This document shows, in pieces, positions 8,509-18,480 of a stretch of 64,000 nt of DNA (its first letter is position 1; each line of letters starts with the position of its first letter). The stretch is from Candidatus Hydrogenedentota bacterium (GTDB taxonomy: Bacteria > Hydrogenedentota > Hydrogenedentia > Hydrogenedentales > SLHB01): the NCBI GenBank assembly GCA_963745075.1, contig CAVUWV010000014.1, positions 64,001 through 128,000 on the forward strand, read 5' to 3'. A model generated the notes under the pieces. The model was not told the origin of the DNA. It was given only the letters and a program-made list of their open reading frames with translations, and did no database searches. The translations under genes and the position numbers were made by a program.

Positions 8509-10195
8509 CGCGGCATAGCCGCAACCAAAAGTGAGGAGATGAATGGCGTTTCCCCTTTGCAGATACAATAGGTATCCGCAGTGGTCTAACACGAGAAGGA
8601 GAAACGCCATGCTTGAGTTTATGCAGAAGTACCGGGATAAAGCCAGTTCGATTCTGAGCGGTTTTGATCGAATCGTCTTTCGAGGGCTTTTGCGGTCTAT
8701 AGTCCATCCAGACGGCATGAAAAGGCACTTGTCGCGGTGTGACGTTCCCCGCCGCAACTTCGGAGCCCATGTGGAGGAGACGACCAAGAAACTGAAAAAG
8801 GCCTCGTTGGCTCAGGCTGAACATCTGGATAGACCGGTCATCTACGTGCAATCGAGTCAAACCCGTAAGGAGACTATCGCCAGACAGGTACTCGCGGAGA
8901 ATCCCGTCGATTCCGGTTTGCTGTGCGTGCTTTCTTGTGTGGAGCCCTGCATGACCTACGAGATGTATCGCAATCGGGAGGCCAAGAAACTGGAACTCGT
9001 CTATCGTCTGCGTAAGTGTCTCCACTTGTATCATTACTACGTCGATCCTCTGTTCGGCTTCATGCATGCCCGCATCCAAACCTGGTATCCCTTTCACGTC
9101 CAAGTCTGTGTGAATGGACGGGAATGGCTGGCTCGGCGAATGGATGCCGAAGGTTGCAAATACATCCGCTACGAGAACAGTTTCCCGCATCTAGAGGACC
9201 CGGAGCGCGCCCAGCAATTGCTCGATGAACTGGTCCGTCTCAACTGGACCGAAACCCTTCACGAAATCGCCGCGCGGTTGAATCCTGCGCATCAAGAGAT
9301 CCTCGGTCCCTATGCCCGCTACTACTGGACCGCTCACCAAACCGAATGGGCCACGGACATCACGTTTACCTCGGCCCAAGACCTCCAAGATATCTATCCT
9401 CAACTTGTCTGGGGCGCCATCACCACCTTTTCCACACGGCATGTCATGCGCTTTTTGGGCAAACAATTCCAACGCCACTTTGCCGGCGAAGTCCAGAGCC
9501 ATTATCACGACCGTCTCGACGGCCTCTCCGTCAAACATGCCGTCAACAACAATTCCGTCAAGATGTATGACAAAGGGGCCCAAATCCTTCGCATCGAAAC
9601 CACCATCAACAACCCCCACGACATCCCGGTCTACCGGCCCAAGGAAGGCGGTGACCCCAAAGACTTGGCTCACCGTTCCATGCGCAAAGGCGTAGCCAAT
9701 CTCGAACGGCGCACGCAGGTCTCTCAACGCGCCAACGAACGCTACCTCGAAGCCCTGACACCATTCGATACCTCCACTCCCTTGGCACAACTCCTCGCCC
9801 CCGTCACCAAAAGGGTCACCAAAAAAGGAACGACCTATCGCGGCCTGCGGCCTTGGGCACACCAAGACCTCGAACTTCTGCAAACCATCAACAAACCCGA
9901 GTTTCTCATCGCAGGCTTCCGCAACAAGGACCTGTCCGCCATCCTTTATCCCAAGGATTAGGGCGACCTCCGTGCCCGACGCGCCGCCTCCGGTCGCGTC
10001 TCCTATCGCCTACGGCTTCTCCGAGCCCACGGTCTTATTGCCAAAACATCACGCACCCGTCGCTACCAAATCACCACCAAAGGAACTCAACTATGCGCAG
10101 CCATACTCATGGCCCAACACGCAACTATCCAACAACTTACCCCCAAGGCCGCTTAGACAAATGCGAAAGTTTTTTACGATGTTTGCGGTTAGGGA
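8509..10195 (+). mobile_element. 1687-bp insertion-sequence-like element of unclassified type
   Basis: CCCAG direct repeats at 8504-8508 and 10196-10200; imperfect subterminal IR TAGCCGCAACC / GTTTGCGGTTA; single ORF; empty site can be reconstructed. Confidence 0.85.
8609..10156 (+). CDS. Putative transposase with C-terminal winged HTH; in-frame TAG at 9959-9961
   Basis: RBS GAAGGAG, ATG 8609; FDRIVFRG, NGREWLAR, SVKMYDK, LRIETTIN, GFRNKDL; the same frame continues after TAG with VSYRLRLLRAHGLIAK..RRYQITTKG to TAG 10154-10156. Confidence 0.75.
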
Positions 10196-10398
10196 CCCAG
10201 GGCAACGCCCTGGGAAAATGGTGCGACCAATACGTTTTAGCCCTGAAAGGGCGAAACAAGAACAAAGAGAATAAGAGCTGTTACGCCCCTTCAGGGCTTG
10301 TGTTCTATATGCTGGCTCGTTCCCAGGGCGTTGCCCTGAGCTATCTTGTTGCGGCCCCTTCGGGGCGATGCAATGCGCCAAGTGTAACCCTGCCTGTC

Positions 10399-10812
10399 CT
10401 ACAGGTTGTCCCAAGAATACGTCCATGAAAATCCGTTCTTCTTCTCCAAGTCACGAGTGTCGTCTGTCCTACTCAACAACCCATCCAGACTACGGATGCT
10501 CAGTACGATGTCGACGGCATAGTGAGTAATCAATTCCAACTTTCCAGCATTTTGGACGTATTTAAGTCTTGAAAACTCGCAGTGACTGACCTCTTCTCGC
10601 TTGCTGACCTGGCACTCCAAAACATCGCGAAACGACAACGTATAAGCTCTCCAACGTCGGCGTCCTTCTTCTACGGTCTCTAATACCCAAATCTTTGTTG
10701 AGAAGTTAACGTTATCTTGATCGAATGTAATGGCATCCGGTCGGAATACGCCATCACCCAATATCGTGTTCACGTATTCGACATCAGCATTATCGGCGAT
10801 TGTCGTCACCAT
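10399..10812 (-). CDS. Hypothetical protein (AT-richer than flanks)
   Basis: 137-aa ORF starting 2 nt after the helicase stop. Confidence 0.6.
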   Translation of the reverse strand: MVTTIADNADVEYVNTILGDGVFRPDAITFDQDNVNFSTKIWVLETVEEGRRRWRAYTLSFRDVLECQVSKREEVSHCEFSRLKYVQNAGKLELITHYAVDIVLSIRSLDGLLSRTDDTRDLEKKNGFSWTYSWDNL

Positions 10813-10813
10813 G

Positions 10814-13082
10814 TTATAAAGCCAACCGCGCCAGCTTCAGCGCGCCCTTCTTGCCTTTGGCACCGACTTCGAGGCCGGGGCCGACGCAACTGGGACATCC
10901 TTCCTTGCAATTGCACCCGCTGATGAGCGAGATGGCTGCTTCGAGCAATTGCCGGTGGTGGGTGAATAGCTTCTCGCTGAACCCGACGCCGCCGGGATAG
11001 GTCTCATACAAGTATACCGTGGGCCGTTCGGAGAAGGGCGCGCGCAACATGCCCAAGGCGCGGATATCCGTCGGGTCGCACAGCACCTGCACCGGCGCGA
11101 CCTGCCGCAAGGTGTTGGCGAGCCCGTGCAAGGCTTCGCCCAATTCCTGCTGCTTCATTTCGAGGGTTTCGGCCACGTCTTCGGGAAATTCGATCCAGTA
11201 CCCGGTCGTGTGCATCGTGGATTCGGGCAGCGCGATCTCACCCCAGCCGACGTTCTCATGCGTGCCGAACTTGATCTTCTTATAGACGCTCGGTAGCCAC
11301 GTCACGCTGACTTCACCGGTCCGTTTCGTCGCGTCGCCGACGGCCTCCTCACGGAAGGTGTCCAGGACTTTAAGATCTACCTTGATCTGCGCGTCTGTGT
11401 AGTAGTCCACGTCCACGGGCCGCGCGTAGGCTTTGCGGTCCTCCAGGTCGAGTTTATCGATGGTGTACTGTGCGCTTTGGTGGAGGTAGATTGCGTTCTG
11501 ATAGACCTCCGTCGGCGCGGCGAACAAGTCGATCTCGCCGATGACGCGGCCGTTCTGCGACGTGTCGAGGATGACCACGTTTCCCGGCGCGGCCGTGCGC
11601 AGGCTGATGTCCTCGGCGGGATACGAGTCCGCGCTCCAATGCCACTTGTCCCGCACATGCCGCAACACGCGTTGCTCGGCGAGGTACTCGAGGATCTCGC
11701 CCGTCGATGCCGGCGTCCATGCCGAAAGCTTCGCCGTCCTTGAATGGGATCTCGAAGGCGGCACACTTCAGGTGACTCGTCATGATGATCAGGTTGTTCG
11801 GATCGACGGTCGCGCTTTCCGGGGTCTGTTCGAAGAAATACTCGGGATGGTTGATGATGTACTGGTCCAACGGCGCGCTCGACGCAACCAGGATGACCAG
11901 CGACGTGCCGGATCGCCGTCCGGCGCGCCCGGCCTGCTGCCAGGTGCTGGCGACGCTGCCCGAGTATCCCGTCATGATGCACACATCCAGCGACCCGATG
12001 TCGATGCCCAGTTCCAGCGCGTTCGTGCTGACCACGGCCATGATTTCGCCGTCCCGTAAACCCTTCTCAATGGCGCGCCGTTCGGTGGGCAGATAGCCGC
12101 CGCGATAGCCGCGCACGAGATTGTGGTCCTTGCCCATTTTGCGTACGGCTTCTTTGAGGTAGGTGGTCAGGATCTCGACGCGCAACCGGCTTCGCGCGAA
12201 CACAATCGATTGAACGTTGCGGGACAGCATCTGCGTGGCCAGGCGGTTCGCTTCCTTCACCGACGACAGCCGGATGCCCAGTTCCGCGTTGACTACCGGC
12301 GGGTTGTAGAAAAGGAAATGCCGCTCGCCCGTGGGTGCGCCGTTTTTGTCCACGAGTTTGACGGGGGCTTCGATGATGCGTTCGGCCATTTCCTGCGGGT
12401 TGTTGATGGTCGCACTGCAACAGATGAAGGTGGGATTGGACCCGTAGAACTCGCAAATCCTTTTCAGCCGCCGAATCACATTGGCCAAATGGCTGCCGAA
12501 GACACCCCGGTAATGGTGCAACTCGTCGATCACCACGAACTCGAGATTCTCGAAGAGTTTCATCCAGATGGTGTGATGGGGGAGGATGCCCGAATGCAGC
12601 ATGTCCGGGTTGGTCACGACAATATGTCCGGCGTTCCGAATCGCTTTGCGCGCCGAGCCGGGCGTGTCCCCGTCGAAGGTGTACGTGCCGATTTTCACTT
12701 CCAGGTCGTCGATGGTTGTCTTCAATTCGTTGACCTGATCCTGGGATAGGGCCTTGGTCGGGAATAGATACAGGGCCCGGGCATCCGGGTTCGCCATCAA
12801 GCGGTTCAACACCGGCACGTTGTAGCAGAGGGTCTTTCCCGAAGCGGTCGGCGTGACGATGCAGACATGGGAGCCCGAAAGCACCGAATTCACGGCCTCG
12901 CGTTGATGCGTATAGAGGTGATGGATCCCACGTTTTCCGAACGCATCCACGAGCTTGGGATTTAACCCCTCAGGAAAATCCGCATACTGTGGCGGCCGGG
13001 CCGGGACCACCTTCCAGGCAGTTTGGTTACGACGGATCTCCGGGTCCGAGCGAAGGCGGTCAACAATCTGTGCAACGTTCAT
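10814..13082 (-). CDS. yprA: YprA/MrfA (Hrq1-like) DEAH-box helicase with DUF1998 Zn domain; frameshift near 11700-11720
   Basis: TPTASGKT, FPTKALSQDQ, DELH, CSAT, QQAGRAGRR in ORF 11454..13082; YPGGVGFS and CNCKEGCPSC in ORF 10814..11764. Confidence 0.9.
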
Positions 13083-13420
13083 GGAATGTATCCGGCGGCT
13101 TTAATAATCTGAATATAACATCAGTGGTTCTGGACTGCAAGCAGCACGGCGCCGACCTGCGAGCACGACACGAATTGTCCGGACATGATAAAATACCCGT
13201 AGATGCTGTCAACAGCGCCCAATGGTTGACGTGGAAATCATAAACTTGCCGACGGAAGATTGAAAGGTATCTCACGAAGGATTTCCGCGAGAACGACTTA
13301 CACGATTCAGGCTACAGATAATGCGTCTCGCCCGGTTCAACCGGAGACGGTGAACCGGCAACGGCAACCAAATCCTACAGCGATCGGAGGTAGGTCTAAG
13401 TTGCATCTTGACGGAGGTTT

Positions 13421-14974
13421 ATGCCGCAGTACGAATTGATTCTCCACAACGGTGACGAGCATCTCAGCAGCTACGACATTGGTTCGAGCGGTCTGGTAAT
13501 CGGTCGCGCGTCGGAGTGCGATGTTGTGTTGCCAGATTCCATGGTTTCCCGGCGTCACGCACGGATCTGGAATGATGGCAAGAGCTTGAAGATAGAGGAC
13601 TTAGGTGCAAGAAATGGCATCGTCGTTAACGGCCAGAAGGTCTCGAAGCTACGTGTGGACGAGGGGGACGAACTCACCGTCGGTACGCACACCTTCCGCA
13701 TTGCCAAAGTTACCCGGGACAAGAGCAAGGAAGACACCGGAGCCATGATCAGTTTTGAAAAAGCCGGTGACATGCACGCGAAAATGCTCAAGGAGCCGGA
13801 CTTCAACCGGCTCGTCCTCCTCTACAAGGCGTCCCAGTTGCTCGGCACCGTTTTCGATCTCGATGATTTGTTGAACCGGATTCTCGAACTGATTTTCGAA
13901 GCCTTGCCGGTGAAACGCGGGTTTATCCTGACGCTCTCGGGGCATGACAAGTTGCCGGAAGTTCGGGCGAGCCTTCCCAGCAAACGGAACAACGGCGGAC
14001 TCCCCTTGAGTCGCACGTTAATCGACCATGTTTTCACGCACCGCAATGCCGTATTGACCCTCGACGCCCACGAAGACTTTTCCGAGTCCGACAGCGTGGT
14101 GAACCACGGGATCCATGCGGCGATGTGCGTGCCGCTGTGCGGCCGGGAAGATATCGTCGGCGCCATCTACGTGGATTCGGGCGCGGACGACATCGTGTTT
14201 AAGAACGATCATTTGAAGCTGCTCACGGCGATTGGCCGCGTCACCGGTGTTGCCGTGGAAAACGCGTACCTGCACCAGGAAATGGTCGAAAACGAACGGC
14301 TTTCCGCGATTGGCCAGGCAACGGCCGGTTTGGGCCATTGCGTGAAGAACATTCTCGTCGGAATCAAAGGCGGCGCGGAATTTGTGGATCTCGCGCTCGA
14401 GACCAACGAGATCAAATACATCCAAAAGGGATGGCCGCTCATCCGCCGTTCGGTGGACCGTATTGAAGATCTTGTGTTGAACCTGCTCACATTCTCGCGC
14501 AACCAGAAAGCCGAGCGCACGAACACCGATCTCAATCTGCTGGTTGATGAAATCAAGGATACGGTTGCGGCGCAAGCGTCCCTGGCCAAGGTTACCTTGC
14601 AGATCGAGAAGGGTGACTTGCGTCCATTGCCGATGGACAGTCTGGGTATGTACCGCGCGATTCTGAATCTTGTCACGAACGCGATTGACGCGTGCGAAGA
14701 CGACGGCGGCACCGTGACGGTCCGTACCAAGTCCGGCGAATCCTCCTACTACGTCGAGGTTGAGGACAATGGGGTGGGCATCTCCCACGATTTTCGCAGC
14801 CGCATGTTCAAGGCGTTTGCCAGCACGAAAGGATCCCGTGGCACGGGGTTGGGTCTTGCGTGTGCACAGAAAATCGTCCGGGAGCATGGCGGAGCCATCA
14901 AGGTGAGGAGTGAACCCGGCAAAGGATCGAGGTTTACGATTCAGCTTCCGACCCAGACGATGGTTTCGAGCTAG
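13421..14974 (+). CDS. FHA-GAF-histidine kinase
   Basis: IGRASECD..VSRRHA..DLGARNG (FHA), MCVPL..GAIYVD (GAF), GLGHCVKN, NLVTNAIDA, DNGVG, GTGLGL. Confidence 0.9.
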   Translation: MPQYELILHNGDEHLSSYDIGSSGLVIGRASECDVVLPDSMVSRRHARIWNDGKSLKIEDLGARNGIVVNGQKVSKLRVDEGDELTVGTHTFRIAKVTRDKSKEDTGAMISFEKAGDMHAKMLKEPDFNRLVLLYKASQLLGTVFDLDDLLNRILELIFEALPVKRGFILTLSGHDKLPEVRASLPSKRNNGGLPLSRTLIDHVFTHRNAVLTLDAHEDFSESDSVVNHGIHAAMCVPLCGREDIVGAIYVDSGADDIVFKNDHLKLLTAIGRVTGVAVENAYLHQEMVENERLSAIGQATAGLGHCVKNILVGIKGGAEFVDLALETNEIKYIQKGWPLIRRSVDRIEDLVLNLLTFSRNQKAERTNTDLNLLVDEIKDTVAAQASLAKVTLQIEKGDLRPLPMDSLGMYRAILNLVTNAIDACEDDGGTVTVRTKSGESSYYVEVEDNGVGISHDFRSRMFKAFASTKGSRGTGLGLACAQKIVREHGGAIKVRSEPGKGSRFTIQLPTQTMVSS

Positions 14975-14975
14975 C

Positions 14976-16286
14976 CTATCCCAGCGGCCAGTGCTCGCGG
15001 ACCAGTGCTTGCGCCTCTGCCGCCGTGGAGACGGTACCCTCCAGTTGTGCATCTTCCACGGCCGACAGAATCTCCTTGAATAACGGTCCCGGCCGGTAAC
15101 CCATCGCGATAAGTTCCTTGCCGGTAACCAGCGGCGCGGGCCGGCACTCCTCCTTGGGATGGCGATCGAGGTAGTCCGAGATCCATGATATCGTATCCAG
15201 ATCGCCGTGACTCGCCAGGCAGTCGATGCGTCCCAGTTCCAACAATTCCCGAAAGCCGTCTTCCCGCACGAACCGTTTCAGCTTGCTTTCGCGCATGTCG
15301 GGGGCGTGGGCGAGGCGCATGTGCTGCTTCACGAGCCACTCGATGCGATCCGTATCCTCGTTGGACATCCGCAGTCGGCGGCAGATGTCGCGTGTCATTT
15401 TCGCGCCGACCTTGTCGTGGTTGTTGAACCGTATCCGATCCGAAAAGGTGGCCGTGGGCGGTTTGCCAACGTCGTGCAGCAACGCCCCGAAGGCGAGCGA
15501 GGGAGACGCGTCCTTTAAGTGTTCCAAGACCATCATTGTATGGACGAAGACGTCGCCTTCAGGATGAAACTCCGGCGGCTGCCCGACGCCCTTCATTTGG
15601 CTTACCTCTGGAAGCACCTGTTCGAGCAGTCCGGTCTGATCCATGAGTTCGAAGGCGCGCCGTGCTCCGCCTTCCGTGAGCATTTTGGTGAGTTCGTCCC
15701 GGATACGTTCAGCGCTCACCGTGCGGATTGCAGGCGCCAGTGCGCGGATTGCGTCATGGGTGGCGTCGTCCATGACGAAATCGAGGCGCGCCGAAAACCG
15801 GATCGCACGCATCAGTCGCAGGTGATCTTCCGAGAAACGAGTCTCCGCATCGCCGACCGTCCGTATCACCCGATTCTCGAGATCGTGCTGACCGCCGACG
15901 TAGTCGACCACCTCGTCCCGTTGCGGGTCATAGAACATGGCGTTGATGGTAAAGTCGCGCCGCAGGGCGTCTTCGCGTTCGCCGAGGAATTCGACCTGGC
16001 TTGGGTGTCGCCCGTCCAGGTAGGGACCGTCGCCTCGGAAGGTGGCAACTTCGAAGTTGCCTTCCGGGAGCACGACCAGCATGACGCCGTACACGGCCCC
16101 AACCGCGACGGTTTTGGGGAACAAGTGCGCGACCTCGTCGGGCCGGGCATTGGTCGCGACGTCGTAATCTTTGGGGGACGTTTCCAGCAGCAGATCGCGT
16201 ACGCAGCCGCCCGCGAACAATGCACGATATCCGTGCTCGCGTAACACGCCGCATATCCGCTCCGCGGCGGCCCGCCGGTCATCCAT
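14976..16286 (-). CDS. cca: CCA-adding tRNA nucleotidyltransferase with HD domain
   Basis: AGGCVRDLL..DYDVAT, RRDFTINAM, EDHLRLMRA, LLHDVGKP. Confidence 0.9.
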   Translation of the reverse strand: MDDRRAAAERICGVLREHGYRALFAGGCVRDLLLETSPKDYDVATNARPDEVAHLFPKTVAVGAVYGVMLVVLPEGNFEVATFRGDGPYLDGRHPSQVEFLGEREDALRRDFTINAMFYDPQRDEVVDYVGGQHDLENRVIRTVGDAETRFSEDHLRLMRAIRFSARLDFVMDDATHDAIRALAPAIRTVSAERIRDELTKMLTEGGARRAFELMDQTGLLEQVLPEVSQMKGVGQPPEFHPEGDVFVHTMMVLEHLKDASPSLAFGALLHDVGKPPTATFSDRIRFNNHDKVGAKMTRDICRRLRMSNEDTDRIEWLVKQHMRLAHAPDMRESKLKRFVREDGFRELLELGRIDCLASHGDLDTISWISDYLDRHPKEECRPAPLVTGKELIAMGYRPGPLFKEILSAVEDAQLEGTVSTAAEAQALVREHWPLG

Positions 16287-18471
16287 CGGCGGAGACGCCC
16301 TTCGAAGGTAAGGACGAAGTTCCAGAGGTTCCGTCGGTCCTACGCATGGTAAAACCCCAGGAACCGATCAGCAGCAGGAACACGCCCACGGAACCACCGG
16401 CAAACAACTTCGCTGTCCGATCGGACCACGGCATGTGCTCGTAGGCGAACGTCCATGCCAAGGCGCCGGCCAGTACGAATACCGCCATCCACCGGTAGCG
16501 GTTCTCGCGGAAGACCGTCCCGAGGACGATGCACAAACATACGAATCCGAGCCAGAGAAGCTGGACGCTGTCGTCGGGCACAAATTCGCGCACGCTCACG
16601 AAGCCCATCGCCGCGAACAACACGGAAAGCACGCTTCGCGACAACCGTTCCATCACCGCCTGCTCGCGTTCGACGCGCCGGCCCCACAACAGCGCGCGCT
16701 CGCTCAGAACCAACAGGACGAGTATCGCGACGGGAACGCCCCACGCGTCCAACGGCGTGGACCGCAGGCTCAGTTTTGTTACGAAGGGGTCGAGGAATAC
16801 CGCAACACCCGCGCACAACGCTGCCACGCCGCTGGTTTTGATGGGTCCGTCAATGATCGCGGCCCCCATCAGAATGAATCCCAAGCCGATGGCGCAGTGA
16901 GTGACCGGCACGTACATTGGCAGGATCTGTCGATGGACGACGGTAAGCAGCATGGCGGTCGCGACGAGATAGGGCACGGCCGCGCTGAAGTAATGTTCCC
17001 AGGGATGCCCTTTCTGCAACCTATGGAGGTACTTCTCCCAGCGAAAGGCCAGGAAATAGGTATAGGCGATCACGAGTACCGTGTACGGCAGAAAGTTGGG
17101 CTGATCCGAGAACTCCGTCTTGCCGATGGCGAGGAAGAAGTAATAGCTGACGTGGCTGGCGACGACTAGCATGACGGCGCTGACTTCCAGTTGGGGAATC
17201 CGCAGCACGAACCCGAGCACCGCAAAGCCGATGCTTTCCGCCGCTAGCATGTACGGCAGGCTGGGATGATCCCCAAAGTCGGCAATCGTGAGCACCACGA
17301 CGATGAGCGCAGCCGCGGCCCCATGGAGCAGTCCCGCGGTGGTGGAAGGCACATCCCAGAAGGAATCCGCCAGAAACCAGTGTCCGCTGAGCCGCCGTTC
17401 ATGCGGATCGAGGCTGCGGATGTGCCGTTGGTAGTAGTAGGCCGCGAACACCAACAGGCCGCAGGTGGTAAGTCCATATAGCCAGTTTTCGCGAAGCGTG
17501 ACGCCCGCGACCGGTACTGGCGTGCCAAGTTTCGTCGCCCGAAGCGCAAGCACCACCGTTACTGCCAGCGCGGCGAGATTAAGCACTTTCAAGACGACAA
17601 TGCCGCTCGCGTGGTAGGCCGCCGCCAGGACCAGGCATTCAATGGCCAGGGCGAGGAGCAGCCTCTCTTCGCTCAGCCGGTCCTGCAACGCCACATTGAG
17701 CAGGAGGATGGCGGTTGCCGTGAACACTTGGAACAGGTAGTTGCGGTAGGAGCCGATGGATTCCGCGAGCACAGCAAAGAACCCGGCAAGGATCGCCAGC
17801 GCGATATAGATGTACCAGCCGGAATCGGGTGCGTAGCGTTGAATGATAAGATAAAGTGACGTGCAGAATGCGACCGTATTGGCCAGCGCCACCCACATGG
17901 CACGCTTACGGGCGCGACCGGGCCGGAGGGATTCGTAAATCCCAAGCCAGGAGGCAACAGCAAAACATAATGTAAGGTATATTATACTGGTCCAGAAAAG
18001 CCCTCTGGCGCTCAGGTTCAGCGGTTCGGCTATCCCTGCAATAAAAGTCCAAAATGTAGCATAAATACAAGTAAGGCAGATTGTTATGAACGTGAGAAAG
18101 CGCCGAAAAAAATAGGCGAATAGACTGACAGTACCCAGGCACGTCAGGCCCAGCAAAGTGTAATTGATATTAAACGTCGCGAATTGCCGCCAGAGATCCT
18201 GTTCGGACCCGGAACCAGCCATCGCTTGACGAACGACGGCCGTTGCGGCGGACGCCAGAATGGCAGCCATGAGGAGGAGCAGCAGGCGTCCCAACCAGAT
18301 CCGGCGCGCCAGCGGCGGTTCCGGTGGCTTGGGGTCGCCCGCTCTGCGGCCGCTCTGCGCCAGACGCCGCCGTTCGGCCCGCAAGGATTCCACCTCACTC
18401 GACAACGCGGCGACACGCGCTTCCAACTCATGGATGCGCTGTTCTGGGTCGTGTTGCCGTTGCGAAGCCAT
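16279..18471 (-). CDS. Polytopic membrane protein (DUF2339-like)
   Basis: N-terminal coiled coil followed by many hydrophobic helices. Confidence 0.7.
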   Translation of the reverse strand: MASQRQHDPEQRIHELEARVAALSSEVESLRAERRRLAQSGRRAGDPKPPEPPLARRIWLGRLLLLLMAAILASAATAVVRQAMAGSGSEQDLWRQFATFNINYTLLGLTCLGTVSLFAYFFRRFLTFITICLTCIYATFWTFIAGIAEPLNLSARGLFWTSIIYLTLCFAVASWLGIYESLRPGRARKRAMWVALANTVAFCTSLYLIIQRYAPDSGWYIYIALAILAGFFAVLAESIGSYRNYLFQVFTATAILLLNVALQDRLSEERLLLALAIECLVLAAAYHASGIVVLKVLNLAALAVTVVLALRATKLGTPVPVAGVTLRENWLYGLTTCGLLVFAAYYYQRHIRSLDPHERRLSGHWFLADSFWDVPSTTAGLLHGAAAALIVVVLTIADFGDHPSLPYMLAAESIGFAVLGFVLRIPQLEVSAVMLVVASHVSYYFFLAIGKTEFSDQPNFLPYTVLVIAYTYFLAFRWEKYLHRLQKGHPWEHYFSAAVPYLVATAMLLTVVHRQILPMYVPVTHCAIGLGFILMGAAIIDGPIKTSGVAALCAGVAVFLDPFVTKLSLRSTPLDAWGVPVAILVLLVLSERALLWGRRVEREQAVMERLSRSVLSVLFAAMGFVSVREFVPDDSVQLLWLGFVCLCIVLGTVFRENRYRWMAVFVLAGALAWTFAYEHMPWSDRTAKLFAGGSVGVFLLLIGSWGFTMRRTDGTSGTSSLPSKGVSADG

Positions 18472-18480
18472 CGTCGTTGC

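Larger units (their letters stand above)
8479..10366. repeat. Long palindromic REP/MITE-like element interrupted by the mobile element
   Basis: Removing the insert rebuilds the left arm GCCCGAAGGGCCGTAACATGACAGCCCAGGGCAACGCCCTGGGAA, a near match to the reverse complement of 10320-10366; inner pair GCCCTGAAAGGGCG / CGCCCCTTCAGGGC. Confidence 0.8.

Noticed and set aside
9972..10274. Separate 100-aa ORF after the transposase
   Set aside because: Shadow frame; the wHTH-like sequence is in the transposase frame after the TAG
11700..11720. Programmed ribosomal frameshift in yprA (likewise at 46960 and 48490)
   Set aside because: No slippery heptamer evident; sequencing indels are the simpler explanation
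10814..13082. DISARM/Druantia-type defence helicase
   Set aside because: DUF1998 helicase is paired with a YprB-like nuclease and has no methylase or other defence genes nearby
17860..18180. AT-rich patch inside the membrane protein gene
   Set aside because: Frame stays open and encodes Ile/Phe/Tyr-rich TM helices; no boundary repeats seen
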